Source: an uncultured Solirubrobacteraceae bacterium (GTDB taxonomy: Bacteria; Actinomycetota; Thermoleophilia; Solirubrobacterales; Solirubrobacteraceae). Taken from it: a DNA stretch of 64,000 nt. Made by a program: the position numbers and the translations under genes. The notes beneath the pieces were generated by a model. The model ran no database searches, was not told where the DNA came from, and saw only the letters and a program-made list of their open reading frames with translations. The stretch is from contig CAWKHK010000006.1 in NCBI GenBank assembly GCA_963849425.1, positions 1,587,655-1,651,654 of the forward strand, written 5' to 3'. Shown in pieces: positions 42,035 through 51,667 of the stretch (positions are counted from its first letter, which is position 1; each line of letters opens with the position of its first letter).

Positions 42035-42385
42035 TCAGGCGGCGATCTTGCCGGGGGGTGTGCCGGCGGGGGAAGCCCTCGAGGGGCCCTCCTCCATCGG
42101 GTCCGCGCCGGTGGCCGCCCGGCGCTCGGCGTCAGGTGTCCCGCCGGTGCGCCTGGTGCCCGGGAACGTGCCTGAACGCGCGGCCGGACGGCGGGTCGTG
42201 CGGGCGATCAACCGGCCGATGCTCAGCGCGAGCAGCCACAGGCACGCGACGAGGAGCGGAGGAAGGGTCAGTCCGGAGACAAGCGCGAGCAAGTCGCGGT
42301 TGCCGTTCAGCGACCAGTTCCACAACAGGTAGTCCCCGAACGTCAGTCCGGACACGAAGACCAGCGGCCTGTAGGGCACGAACAA
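42035..42385 (-). CDS. Small 2-TM hypothetical protein
   Basis: Two hydrophobic segments; upstream of and co-oriented with the propeller gene. Confidence 0.55.
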   Translation of the reverse strand: MFVPYRPLVFVSGLTFGDYLLWNWSLNGNRDLLALVSGLTLPPLLVACLWLLALSIGRLIARTTRRPAARSGTFPGTRRTGGTPDAERRAATGADPMEEGPSRASPAGTPPGKIAA

Positions 42386-42428
42386 ACCCTAGTCGGACTC
42401 GGAGACGGACCGCCTATGATCGCTCGCC

Positions 42429-43346
42429 ATGGACGGCGCGAGCGGCCAATCGGAGATCTTCGCGCCCGGGCTGCTCGACGGCCAGGTGGTGCTGGTCACC
42501 GGCGGAGGGACGGGACTGGGGAAGGCGACGGCCCTCGAGCTGGCCAGGTGCGGCGCGAGCGTGACCATCGCCGGCCGGCGCACGGAGGTGCTCGAGCAGG
42601 CGGCCACGGAGATCGGGACGACCGCGCCGGCGGGCGCGGTCGACTGGGTGGCCGGGGACGTGCGCGAGCGGGCGGACGCGCGGCGGCTGGTGCGCGGTGC
42701 GATCGAGCGCCACGGACACCTGGACCTGCTGGTGAACAACGCCGGTGGCCAGTACTTCACGCCGGCCGAGCTGATCGTCGCGAAGGGCTGGCGGGCGGTC
42801 TGGTCGCTGAACGTCGAGGGGATGCTGAACATGGCCGAGGCGGCGTTCGATCTGGCGTTCGCGGAGGCGGGCGCCCAACGGGGGCGGGGCGCACAGACGG
42901 CGGGGGGCCGGCATCCGGCGGGCGGGCAGCCGGTTGGCGGGACGATCGTGAACGTGACGCTCTCGCCCCACCACGGGATGCCGGGCATGGCCCACTCGGG
43001 CGCGGCGCGGGCGACGGTCGAGGCGCTCACGCGCGAGCTGGCCGAGCGGTGGGAGTCGGATGGCGTGGCCGTCATCGCGGTGGCCGCGGGCCACTTCGAC
43101 ACGGAGGTACTGGCCAAGTACCCGGCGTCCGTGCGCGCAGGAACGGCCCGCTCGGTGCCCCTCCAGCGCCTCGGCGACCCGGCAGAGCACGCGTGGCTCA
43201 TCGCGCTGCTCGCCTCCCCGTTGGGGCGTGCGCTGAACGGCTCGACGGTCACACTGGACGGCGGGCGCGACAACTGGGCAGGACCGTGGCCGCCGCCGGG
43301 CCTGGCGGACGAGTCGGGGGGGGTGCCCAGCGAGAAGCGGCGGTAG
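42429..43346 (+). CDS. SDR oxidoreductase (AtuB / trans-2-enoyl-CoA reductase-like)
   Basis: TGGGTGLG, NNAGGQY, GMPGMAHSGAARA. Confidence 0.88.
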   Translation: MDGASGQSEIFAPGLLDGQVVLVTGGGTGLGKATALELARCGASVTIAGRRTEVLEQAATEIGTTAPAGAVDWVAGDVRERADARRLVRGAIERHGHLDLLVNNAGGQYFTPAELIVAKGWRAVWSLNVEGMLNMAEAAFDLAFAEAGAQRGRGAQTAGGRHPAGGQPVGGTIVNVTLSPHHGMPGMAHSGAARATVEALTRELAERWESDGVAVIAVAAGHFDTEVLAKYPASVRAGTARSVPLQRLGDPAEHAWLIALLASPLGRALNGSTVTLDGGRDNWAGPWPPPGLADESGGVPSEKRR

Positions 43347-43373
43347 GGGGAGGGGAGCGGTCGAAGCGGATGA

Positions 43374-43444
43374 AGCGGCGGACGGGAATCGAACCCGCAT
43401 CATCGCCTTGGAAGGGCGAGGCTCTACCGTTGAGCTACCACCGC
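43374..43444 (-). tRNA. tRNA-Gly(TCC)
   Basis: GCGGTGGTAGCTCAACGGTAGAGCCTCGCCCTTCCAAGGCGATGATGCGGGTTCGATTCCCGTCCGCCGCT. Confidence 0.97.
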
Positions 43445-43633
43445 GCGTGCGAAACCTGCCCGCCGGGCGGTTCGTCGACGATGACAGTTTGCACAAACGA
43501 CGTCACACGTGGCGATCTCATCGAGCACGGCTGCCGGCTGCGGTCCGGGTGCCTTCCGACGCCAGGCGAAGTCGGACGTCGGTTTGACCTGGCCGCAGCG
43601 CCCCGCGGGTTCTCGTGGGGTCGGGAATCGCAT
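43424..43633 (-). pseudogene. Internally deleted HNH-type nuclease relic reading into tRNA-Gly
   Basis: RCGQVKPTSDFAWRRK joined to VLDEIATCDVVCANCHRRRT. Confidence 0.6.
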
Positions 43634-43636
43634 GCA

Positions 43637-43650
43637 CGAACATATGTTCT
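43637..43650. promoter_or_regulatory. LexA SOS box
   Basis: CGAACATATGTTCT matches the Gram-positive GAAC-N4-GTTC consensus. Confidence 0.7.
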
Positions 43651-43722
43651 TCCGACCCCCGGACGGGGTGCGGGTCGCAGGTTGCTGGCGGTGTCCGTAG
43701 AATCGAGGAAGCCTGGAAGCCA

Positions 43723-43796
43723 CGGGGAGTGGCGCAGTCTGGTAGCGCACCCGGCTGGGGGCCGGGCGGTCGCAGGTTCAAATCCTGTCTCCCCGA
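43723..43796 (+). tRNA. tRNA-Pro(GGG)
   Basis: CGGGGAGTGGCGCAGTCTGGTAGCGCACCCGGCTGGGGGCCGGGCGGTCGCAGGTTCAAATCCTGTCTCCCCGA; TAGAAT -10 upstream. Confidence 0.97.
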
Positions 43797-43937
43797 CTAA
43801 AAAGTCCAAATACGAAGAAATGCGAACAAGGCGGGCGCGAGCCTCACAAATCGCCCAATTGCAGGCAGTTTCTGGCCTAGCACCTGCGAAAAGTGCGAAC
43901 CGTCGCTCGGTGACGATGGGCTCAGATGCCCGCGAGG

Positions 43938-43979
43938 CGGTAGCAGCTCGGTAGCAGGATGGGCACCACTCGGTAGCAG
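43938..43979 (+). repeat. 3 x CGGTAGCAG direct repeats (integrase arm-type sites?)
   Basis: Copies at 43938, 43949 and 43971, ~140 bp from the tRNA-Pro 3' end. Confidence 0.6.
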
Positions 43980-43990
43980 CCAGCGCCGGG

Positions 43991-44155
43991 ATGCCGGAAG
44001 CGAAAGATGGCGTGCGCGCTCCGTGCGAGGTCGGTACCTTCCGCACCCTCCAGGAGGCGCGGCTGGCCGAGCGCGAAGCGTTTATGCGGGTCTGCCCGTC
44101 AAACGACGAGACTGTCTCGGAGTTCGTGAGGCGGTGGCTCCGCGACTGCGGGTAG
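43991..44155 (+). pseudogene. Tyrosine-integrase N-terminal remnant (54 aa)
   Basis: VGTFRTLQEARLAEREA...ETVSEFVRRWL resembles an arm-binding segment plus the start of the core-binding domain. Confidence 0.5.
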
Positions 44156-44186
44156 GAGCAGGAGCATCTTCTACTCAGCCCGCACA

Positions 44187-45077
44187 GTGCAGCTAGTCAC
44201 CTGGAATCTCGCCAGCCGGGTCAGGCGCCTGTCCGAGCAGGCCACGCTGCTGCTCGCGCTTGCCGCTGACGTGATCTGCCTTCAGGAGCTAGCACCCTCG
44301 ACGCTGAGCGCTTGGAGCGAGCGCCTGCAAGCTGCCGGGTACCACACCCTCGCAGCACCCGACTCGCGTGAGCGTTTCCGTCCACTGCGGGTGCTCACCG
44401 CTGCGCGTGAGCCGCTCCACGAGATCCCCGTGCCCGGCGTTCCCTGGCCTGAGCGAGTGCTCGCCGCGTGTCTGCAGGACGGCAGCGAAATCGTCAATGT
44501 TCACTCGCCCACCAGTCCCAAGCCAGAGTTCGCGAAGACACGCACCCACGAAGCGGTCTTCGCGCACTTGGCCAACCCAGCGCCGCAGCGGTTGCGCGTG
44601 CTCTGCGGCGATCTGAACACCCCGCGAAAGGAGCACGCCGACGGGACGATCTGGACCTTCGCACGCGACCAGTACGGCCGTCTGCGTCCCGATCGCGGCG
44701 AGGCATGGGACCGCGCCGAGCTGGCGCTCATCCAGGGGCTTCATGCTTACGGGTTCCACGACGCCTACCGGCAGCTGCATGGCTACCAGCAGCGCGAGCT
44801 CAGTTGGGAATGGCCGCGCTGGGGGGGCGGATACCGGCTCGACCATCTGCTCATATCCGGGCCGTGGCAGGCCACGAGCTGCCGCTACCTGCATCCACTG
44901 CGCAGGGCGGGGCTATCCGATCACTCCCCGCTGCTCGCCGAGCTCCAGCCAGCCGCCGAGCCCACAGCCGCATCGTTTTCCCACGGCGCGAAACGGGCAA
45001 AACCACCAGTACCGACCCAGCGTCAGTGCTCATACACACGTTCCGAACCCACGACACAAGGAGGGCAGGATGGCTGA
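44187..45077 (+). CDS. Endonuclease/exonuclease/phosphatase (ExoIII-like)
   Basis: VTWNL, CLQE, CGDLN, GYRLDH, SDHSP. Confidence 0.88.
   Translation: MQLVTWNLASRVRRLSEQATLLLALAADVICLQELAPSTLSAWSERLQAAGYHTLAAPDSRERFRPLRVLTAAREPLHEIPVPGVPWPERVLAACLQDGSEIVNVHSPTSPKPEFAKTRTHEAVFAHLANPAPQRLRVLCGDLNTPRKEHADGTIWTFARDQYGRLRPDRGEAWDRAELALIQGLHAYGFHDAYRQLHGYQQRELSWEWPRWGGGYRLDHLLISGPWQATSCRYLHPLRRAGLSDHSPLLAELQPAAEPTAASFSHGAKRAKPPVPTQRQCSYTRSEPTTQGGQDG
44975..45000 (+). promoter_or_regulatory. SigB/SigF-type promoter
   Basis: GTTT-N16-GGGCAA upstream of the DUF892 gene. Confidence 0.5.
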
Positions 45078-45711
45078 GCTGAGCGCGCGAGACAGCAAGC
45101 TCGTGCAGTACCTCAACGAGGCATACGGCAAGGAGAAGGAGCTCGAGACCGCACTCCAAGCACATATCGGCATGACCACGCGAGCGCCCTACAAGAAGCG
45201 CCTGCGCCAGCACCTGACAGAGACCAAGCGTCACGCCCGCGAGCTGGAGAAACGGGTGAAGCAGCTCGGCGGCACCCCGCAGACAGTGCCGATCGAGGGC
45301 CTGGACCCGATCGCCAAAGGCGCTGGCGCCGCAGTCGAGATCGCCGGTCGCGCCGTAGCCGCCGCGAAGGGGCCGTTGCACGCCATCCGCGGCACCGGCG
45401 AGCAGGAGAAGATGCTCAAGAACGCCAAGAGCGAGTACGCCGACGAGCACGAGGAGATCGCGACCTACACCGCGATCGAGACCCTCGCCGAAACGCTCGG
45501 CGACACCCAAACCGCCAAGCTCGCACGCGCGATCCGCCGTGAGGAGCAAAGCATGGCTAGCTTCCTCGAGCGCCAGATCCCGGTCCTCACCAAAGCCGTC
45601 GTACAAGCCGAGATCCCGCCCGCGCAACGCCGCAAAGCAACCACCAGGGCACGCCCCAAGCGAGCCGCTACGAATAAAGCCAAAGCGAAACGTACCCCCG
45701 CCAAACGCTGA
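45070..45711 (+). CDS. Ferritin-like DUF892 (YciE/YciF) stress protein with basic tail
   Basis: YLNEAYGKEKE, HLTETKRH, EHEEIATY, REE. Confidence 0.82.
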   Translation: MAELSARDSKLVQYLNEAYGKEKELETALQAHIGMTTRAPYKKRLRQHLTETKRHARELEKRVKQLGGTPQTVPIEGLDPIAKGAGAAVEIAGRAVAAAKGPLHAIRGTGEQEKMLKNAKSEYADEHEEIATYTAIETLAETLGDTQTAKLARAIRREEQSMASFLERQIPVLTKAVVQAEIPPAQRRKATTRARPKRAATNKAKAKRTPAKR

Positions 45712-45721
45712 GGGCAGGCCG

Positions 45722-46258
45722 ATGGCAGTAGATACCGCGCTGATCGTCATCGACATGCTCAACCGCTACGAGCACGACGACGCCGACACGCTGAGGGACT
45801 CCGTCGAGGAGGTGCTGCCCGTCATGCAGGCGCTGATCGCGCGAGCGCGCGAACAAGACGCCCCGATCGTCTCCGTCAACGACAACTATGACGACTGGAG
45901 CGCAGGTCCCGCCGAGCTCTGCGAGCAAGCACTGGCGGGAGCACACGGTGCCCTCGTTGAGCCCATTCTGCCGCCGCCAGGGGCAGCGTTCATCACTAAG
46001 GCACGGCACTCGATCTTCTACGAAACCTCCCTGGAGTACCTACTGAGAAACCAAGGGATCGAGCGGCTGATCCTGACCGGCCAAGTCGCCGAGCAGTGCG
46101 TCCTCTACTCCGCCCTAGACGCCTACGTCCGTCACTTCCAAGTCATCGTCCCCCGCGACGCCGTGGCGCACATTCACGAGCACCTCGCTGACGCTGCTCT
46201 ACAAATGATGAAAACCAACATGCGAGCGAAGATCACCGACGCCGACACCCTGTTCTGA
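45722..46258 (+). CDS. Isochorismatase-family cysteine hydrolase
   Basis: ALIVIDM, KARHSIF, GQVAEQCVLYSALDA. Confidence 0.9.
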   Translation: MAVDTALIVIDMLNRYEHDDADTLRDSVEEVLPVMQALIARAREQDAPIVSVNDNYDDWSAGPAELCEQALAGAHGALVEPILPPPGAAFITKARHSIFYETSLEYLLRNQGIERLILTGQVAEQCVLYSALDAYVRHFQVIVPRDAVAHIHEHLADAALQMMKTNMRAKITDADTLF

Positions 46259-46308
46259 AAACGGTCAAGCCACTCGCTCACTAGCCATGCGGCGAAGCCG
46301 CCGACGCG

Positions 46309-46845
46309 CTACCGACCTCGAGTCGGGTCGCGCTCGTCGAGCAGGCGCAACCTCCTCAGCGGCAGCACGAACCACAGCAGCACAAACGGGACAGCGCCCA
46401 GCGCCGCCGTCACCACACCCGCGCTCACACCAAACAACTTGGTCGTGACAAGCAGCAGACAGCCACACATCGCGAGCGCCAAGCACACCAGGCCCGCGAT
46501 CACCACGCGGTTTGAGTTGAACACGATGTGGCGCTTGTCGTCGTGACGGAAAAGAAAGCGGTGCTCAGCAGACGGCGCGATCGTGCAGACCGCTGCGAGC
46601 GCCGCCAACACCAATGTCACGAAATACACGGTGCGCTCGAAGTCCCCGACATGCGCGAACCCGGTGTTGAACGGCACGGTCAAGAGAAAGGCAAAGAGCA
46701 CCTGTACGCCCGTGACGACCACGCGCAGCTCGCCGGTCAGCTCCTCCAGATTGCGATCTAGTCGTTCGAGGTCCGTCTCCCGGCGCTCGGAGCCGCTGGG
46801 GGCATCCTCGCGATCGGCGTGTGGTGACTGAGGACCGTCGGTCAT
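46309..46845 (-). CDS. DUF6328-like membrane protein
   Basis: ERLDRNLEELTGELRVVVTGVQVLFAFLLTVPF. Confidence 0.78.
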   Translation of the reverse strand: MTDGPQSPHADREDAPSGSERRETDLERLDRNLEELTGELRVVVTGVQVLFAFLLTVPFNTGFAHVGDFERTVYFVTLVLAALAAVCTIAPSAEHRFLFRHDDKRHIVFNSNRVVIAGLVCLALAMCGCLLLVTTKLFGVSAGVVTAALGAVPFVLLWFVLPLRRLRLLDERDPTRGR

Positions 46846-46863
46846 TACTCTCCCTGTCTGCGG

Positions 46864-47307
46864 TCAGTCGTGGCGGGGGATGCAGCTGATCTTCCCGTCG
46901 TTCTCAAGGATCGCCCACTGTATGTCGCCGATTGAGACGATCTGTGCTTGGCGGGCCTCCTCTTGGATGTCTGCGAGCGTGATGCGCTCTCGTCGCATGT
47001 TGCGCTCGATCGGCCGGCCGTCCTGCACGAGCACGATCGGCTCCCCCTCGGCGATCAGCCGTGCGCGGGGAGAGCGAAAGGAGATCCAGCTCACCGCGAC
47101 CGAGAGGAGCGCGATCGTGGAGATCACAATCAGCGTCCCCGTCACCGACTGATCACTTTGCGTGATGCCCTGCTGGACGAGATCACCCAACACCACGAGC
47201 AGGATGAAGTCGAATGGCTCAAGGTCTGAGAGTTGACGGCGGCCGACCACGCGAGTCACCAGGAAGATGAAGAAGAAGACGACGGTAGCGCGGATTACGA
47301 GGTCCAT
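46864..47307 (-). CDS. DUF421/YetF family membrane protein
   Basis: GRRQLSDLEPFDF, EGEPIVLVQDG, AILENDGKIS. Confidence 0.88.
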   Translation of the reverse strand: MDLVIRATVVFFFIFLVTRVVGRRQLSDLEPFDFILLVVLGDLVQQGITQSDQSVTGTLIVISTIALLSVAVSWISFRSPRARLIAEGEPIVLVQDGRPIERNMRRERITLADIQEEARQAQIVSIGDIQWAILENDGKISCIPRHD

Positions 47308-47310
47308 GAG

Positions 47311-47838
47311 CTAAGGGAAGATCGTCAGCGAGCGATGGATGCTCACGAGCGGGGTTTCGCCGTCATCGAGCTGAACGTCCTCGCGGCGCTTGCCGACGTT
47401 CGTGGGGTTCACCTGGAAGTAGATCCAGCTGGTCAACGATTCGCCCGGTTCCAGCTTGCCGTATGACAGGACGACTCGCCCGTTCTTGGAGCTCGATTCT
47501 GTCGGTTCGGGCTCGATCGAGTTGACGCTCATCGATTCCCACCATCCTTCGTCGAAGACGATTTCGGGCTTCTTGATCTGACGGTGGGCCATCACCCTGA
47601 CCTTCACCTGGAAGATCAATCCGCTGCGCAGCCGAGTCGGTGCCGTGACGCTCAGGCTCGCGGCGCGAGTGTCAGCCGAGCTCGTGCTCGGCTTCTGGCC
47701 GAACACGCCAAGCAGCGCTAGCACCGGCAAGACGGCGATCGCGCACAGCAACAGTCTGCGGTAGTAGGGATGGTGCCGCCGGCCCGCCAGGTCACGGCTG
47801 CGCTCAAGCACCACGCCCTCGGGAGCGTCGGCCATCAA
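47311..47838 (-). CDS. Hypothetical single-TM protein preceding DUF421 gene
   Basis: LALLGVFG TM followed by a beta-rich domain. Confidence 0.7.
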   Translation of the reverse strand: MMADAPEGVVLERSRDLAGRRHHPYYRRLLLCAIAVLPVLALLGVFGQKPSTSSADTRAASLSVTAPTRLRSGLIFQVKVRVMAHRQIKKPEIVFDEGWWESMSVNSIEPEPTESSSKNGRVVLSYGKLEPGESLTSWIYFQVNPTNVGKRREDVQLDDGETPLVSIHRSLTIFP

Positions 47839-47934
47839 TGTCTATTCGCGGGGCGTCACGATGACCCTCCTGACGCTGCGCTCATCCGTTCCCAGAAGAA
47901 CTGCACGAGTCGCAGCGCTCAGACGCTACGGAAC

Positions 47935-47960
47935 GATTGAGTCGCGCCGCTGTGGGGTAG
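47935..47960 (+). promoter_or_regulatory. SigB/SigF-type promoter
   Basis: GATT-N16-GGGTAG upstream of the LLM gene. Confidence 0.55.
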
Positions 47961-47996
47961 AAAAGCCGCGAACGCGACGATCAAGGAGACCATGAG

Positions 47997-48980
47997 GTGA
48001 GGATCGGCTATTTCTTGTCGAGTGAGGAGTTCGGCCCCCGCGAGCTCATCGCGCAGGCGCGCATGGCCGAGGACGCTGGCTTCCAAGGGCTGTGGATCTC
48101 AGACCACTACCACCCCTGGAACGACGAGCAGGGACACAGCGGCTTCGTCTGGTCAACCATCGGCGCGCTCGCGCAGGCGACCTCCACGATGAAGGTCACA
48201 ACCGCAGTGACGTGCCCCACCGTCCGCATCCACCCTGCCGTGATCGCACAGGCCGCCGCGACCTGCGCGGTGCTGCTGGAGGGACGCTTCGCGCTCGGCC
48301 TCGGCAGCGGCGAGGCGCTCAACGAGCACATCCTCGGCGACCACTGGCCGGCGGCCAACGAGCGCCTAGAGATGCTCGAGGAGGCCGTGCAGGTCATCCG
48401 CACCCTCTGGCAGGGCGGGATGCAAAGCCACCACGGACACCAATACCACGTAGAGAACGCCCGCATCTATGACCTGCCCGAGCAGACACCGCCGATCCTC
48501 ATCTCCGGGTTCGGTCCCAAGGCCACCAGCCTCGCCGCCAGGATAGGCGATGGCTACTGCACCGTCCAGCCCGAGGAGGAAGAAGTCAAACGGTTCCGCG
48601 ACGCTGGCGGAAAGGGGCCTGTCGCGGGCGGCATGAAGGTCTGCTGGGCCTCTGACGAGCACCAAGCACGCGTCACCGCGCACCGGCTGTGGCCCAACGA
48701 GCAGCTACCTGGCGAGCTGGCGCAGATCCTGCCGACCCCAGCACACTTCGAGCAGGCATCGGAGCTCGTAAGCGAGGACATGGTGGCCGAAGCGGTCCCG
48801 TGCGGCCCCGACCTCGACCTGCACCTGCAGGCGATCCGTCGCTACCGCGACGCCGGGTTCGACGAGCTCTACATCCAGCAGATCGGCCCCGACCAAGAAC
48901 GCTTCTTCCAGACCTACGCCAACGAGATCCTGCCGCACTTCAACAGCGACGCCTCAACACTCATCTCAACCACAGCATGA
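47997..48980 (+). CDS. LLM class F420-dependent oxidoreductase (G6PDH-like family)
   Basis: ISDHYHPW, VTCPT, GSGEALNEH; RBS AAGGAG. Confidence 0.9.
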   Translation: MRIGYFLSSEEFGPRELIAQARMAEDAGFQGLWISDHYHPWNDEQGHSGFVWSTIGALAQATSTMKVTTAVTCPTVRIHPAVIAQAAATCAVLLEGRFALGLGSGEALNEHILGDHWPAANERLEMLEEAVQVIRTLWQGGMQSHHGHQYHVENARIYDLPEQTPPILISGFGPKATSLAARIGDGYCTVQPEEEEVKRFRDAGGKGPVAGGMKVCWASDEHQARVTAHRLWPNEQLPGELAQILPTPAHFEQASELVSEDMVAEAVPCGPDLDLHLQAIRRYRDAGFDELYIQQIGPDQERFFQTYANEILPHFNSDASTLISTTA

Positions 48981-49244
48981 GCACCCATGCCACATCCGCG
49001 CCAACCCCTCGCCCACCAGGCTGGCGCGGCGCACCGGGGCCACAGCTCACCAGCCTCTCCGAAGCAGCGCGCCGGCTACTCAGAGCCCCGACGCCCGTCG
49101 CGGGGCCGATGATCTCAAGAGCCGGTCTGCGCAGCGAGGCGCACCGGGCCTGCCTGATCATGCGCGCCGCCATCAAAGACCAGCAGCAGAGCGAACGTTA
49201 GACACGGCGCACGCAACCGCTGCACGAGCAGCTGGAGATTGCGT

Positions 49245-50675
49245 TCATCTGGAGCGCTCGGCCGTATCAAGCTCGATAGCTTCGGCGTCAGCGTCAAAGC
49301 CCCCGCTGCGGTTGCGGACAACGATGTGGCCACTCCAGCCCCGCAACGGATGCGCCTGCTCTCGCGCGAGTCCCGCGCACACCCGTTTCGTTACCGCATA
49401 GGCGATGACCGGCACGACTAGGAACGCGCCGCGGAAGAACCACACCGCGCCTTCATAGCCAAACCCGAACTGGAAGAACAGACGGTCGGCCGAGCCCGCC
49501 GCGAACACCACCGCCACCGCCGAGAGCACCGCAGCGCCAAGCGCGCTGCGCCGCGGATTATCGCGCGGACGCTCAAGCAGATCGTGACGCGCGTAGTCCT
49601 TTGAGATGAAGCGCCGGTCAAGCCACGGCAGCGCATACAACAGCCCGAACACGATGCCGGGAAACAACACCCCGCCAAAAAACGGGTTTGGTACGAGCGT
49701 GTGTCCGAAGGCGTGGATCTCCAGGTTCGGCATCAGTCGCAGCGCGCCGATCAGCCATCCCAGATACCAGTCCGGCTGCGCGCCGTTCGTGCCGATATCG
49801 GGGTGATAGGGGCCCCACAGCCACACCGGGTTGATCTGGATCAGGCCGCCCATCAGCACCAGCACCGCGGCGACCGCCGCGAACAAACCCAGCGACCGCA
49901 GGGCGTACCCAGGCCACATCGGGGTGCCCACCACGTTGTCCTCGCGGCGGCCGGGGCCGGGGAACTGGCTGTGGCGCTGGCGCATGATGATCGCCAAGTG
50001 CACCGCGATCAGGCCACCGATGATCGCCGGTAGCAGGAACACGTGCGCGATGAACAGCCGCGACTCGAACGCGGTCGACCCAGGGAACCTGCCGCCCCAC
50101 AATGCCGTTGCGAACGGGCCGCCGATCAAAGGGAGCGACATCGCGACTGCCCACGCGATCGCCAACCCCATCCCCGAGAGCAGATCGTCGGGGAGCGAGT
50201 AGCCAGCGAAGCCCTCCAAGATCGCGAGCGCCAACAGGGTGACGCCGATGAAGTAGTTGATGTCGCGGGGCTTACGAAACGCGCCGGTGAACACGATCCG
50301 CAGCAGATGGAGGGTGATCGCCGCGACGAACACCAGCGCCGCCCAATGGTGAACCTGCCGGGCGAGCAGCCCGCCCGACACGTCGAAGGAGATGTGCAGC
50401 GTGGAGGCGTAAGCGTCTGAGGCGCTCTGGCCCTGCAATGCCTGGTAGCTGCCGTGGTAGACGGTCTGCGTCGTGTCCGGATCGAAGAACAGCGCCAAAA
50501 ACGTGCCCGTGAGGACCAGCATCACGAACGAGTACAGGGCGATCTCGCCCAGCAGGAAGCTCCAGTGGTCAGGGAACACGTAATCCATCAGCCACCGCAT
50601 CCCACGCGCTGCGCCCAGCCGCTCATCCACGAACACCACCGCGTCCACCGGCCGGTCCTTGGCGGTGTGGCTCAC
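49245..50675 (-). CDS. qcrB: Cytochrome bc1/bcc complex cytochrome b
   Basis: FPDHWSFLLGEIALY, RQVHHWAA, GYSLPDDLLSG, QPDWY. Confidence 0.93.
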   Translation of the reverse strand: MSHTAKDRPVDAVVFVDERLGAARGMRWLMDYVFPDHWSFLLGEIALYSFVMLVLTGTFLALFFDPDTTQTVYHGSYQALQGQSASDAYASTLHISFDVSGGLLARQVHHWAALVFVAAITLHLLRIVFTGAFRKPRDINYFIGVTLLALAILEGFAGYSLPDDLLSGMGLAIAWAVAMSLPLIGGPFATALWGGRFPGSTAFESRLFIAHVFLLPAIIGGLIAVHLAIIMRQRHSQFPGPGRREDNVVGTPMWPGYALRSLGLFAAVAAVLVLMGGLIQINPVWLWGPYHPDIGTNGAQPDWYLGWLIGALRLMPNLEIHAFGHTLVPNPFFGGVLFPGIVFGLLYALPWLDRRFISKDYARHDLLERPRDNPRRSALGAAVLSAVAVVFAAGSADRLFFQFGFGYEGAVWFFRGAFLVVPVIAYAVTKRVCAGLAREQAHPLRGWSGHIVVRNRSGGFDADAEAIELDTAERSR

Positions 50676-51667
50676 GATGGGTCTCCCCACCAGGACGGGC
50701 CGACAGGCCCCGACATCGGCCCAGCAGCGCGCAGCACACCGGCGCTGTCGATAGTCAGCGGCAGCTGCGGCAGCGGCCTGCCTGCGGGTCCGAACTCGAC
50801 GCTGCCACCGTCCAGTACGTCGAACGTGGAGTAGTGGCAGGGGCACACCAGCGCTGGCCCCTTGGACTCGGTGGATGGGCTGAGCGGGTCTCGAAACAGC
50901 GAGATCGCGCACGCGGCATGGGTGCAGATCTTCGAGTAGGCAAGGATGCCCTGCGGTGCCCAGCCGGCGCGCTCGGCGGGCAGCCGCAGCGTCGCGGGGT
51001 TAACGCGCACCACCACGACGGGGGAGCCCAGGTCCTCCTGACCACCGTCTTCGGCGGCGGTGCCCGCGCCCTGCGGGAACGCGGTCTGAAAGCTCCGTTG
51101 GATGATGTGGGCCGCGAGCATCGGGTTGCCCTGCTCGTCCACGAGCGCGCGCCCTGCCCGCCAGGGTGTGCGTCGCAGCTGCTCCTCCAGACCAGGGCCG
51201 AGCGCCGCCACGGGAATCACCACCGCCGCCGTCAGCCCGGCGCCTGCGACCCCGGCGGCGCTGGCGAGAAGCCGCCGGCGAGTGATGCCCTCCACACCCT
51301 CGGCGGCCTGCTCGATGACCTCACGAGCGGCGTCTGGGTCGGCCAGTCGGGGGCGCTGCTCGACCTTCGTCTCTTGTGGCACCAGCCAGCGGCCTGCGAG
51401 CACGAGCGCACAAGCCAGCAAAGCGAGCGCCGCGCCGAGTGCGAGACCCAGCAGCTGCGTGTTCGGATCGAGCACGAACAAGGCGACGAACGCGAGCGCT
51501 GCGACCGCCACCAGCAGCAGCACAGCCACGACCAATAGCTCCGCCCATGCGGGTGCGCCTGTGTGCCGCACAGACGGGTCCACCTCGGGTTGCCCCTGGC
51601 GGCGGGAGCGCAGCCCTCCGGTGCGCCACAGCACGAACATCACGATCGCCTTCCAGGCCCGGCTCAC
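50672..51667 (-). CDS. qcrA: Rieske iron-sulfur subunit (actinobacterial 3-TM type)
   Basis: SKICTHAAC and CPCHYSTFD; internal TRRRLL Tat-like motif. Confidence 0.92.
   Translation of the reverse strand: MSRAWKAIVMFVLWRTGGLRSRRQGQPEVDPSVRHTGAPAWAELLVVAVLLLVAVAALAFVALFVLDPNTQLLGLALGAALALLACALVLAGRWLVPQETKVEQRPRLADPDAAREVIEQAAEGVEGITRRRLLASAAGVAGAGLTAAVVIPVAALGPGLEEQLRRTPWRAGRALVDEQGNPMLAAHIIQRSFQTAFPQGAGTAAEDGGQEDLGSPVVVVRVNPATLRLPAERAGWAPQGILAYSKICTHAACAISLFRDPLSPSTESKGPALVCPCHYSTFDVLDGGSVEFGPAGRPLPQLPLTIDSAGVLRAAGPMSGPVGPSWWGDPS

Noticed and set aside
48977-49201. 74-aa ORF coupled to the LLM gene
   Set aside because: Low-complexity, no recognisable motif; could be a remnant but is unsupported.
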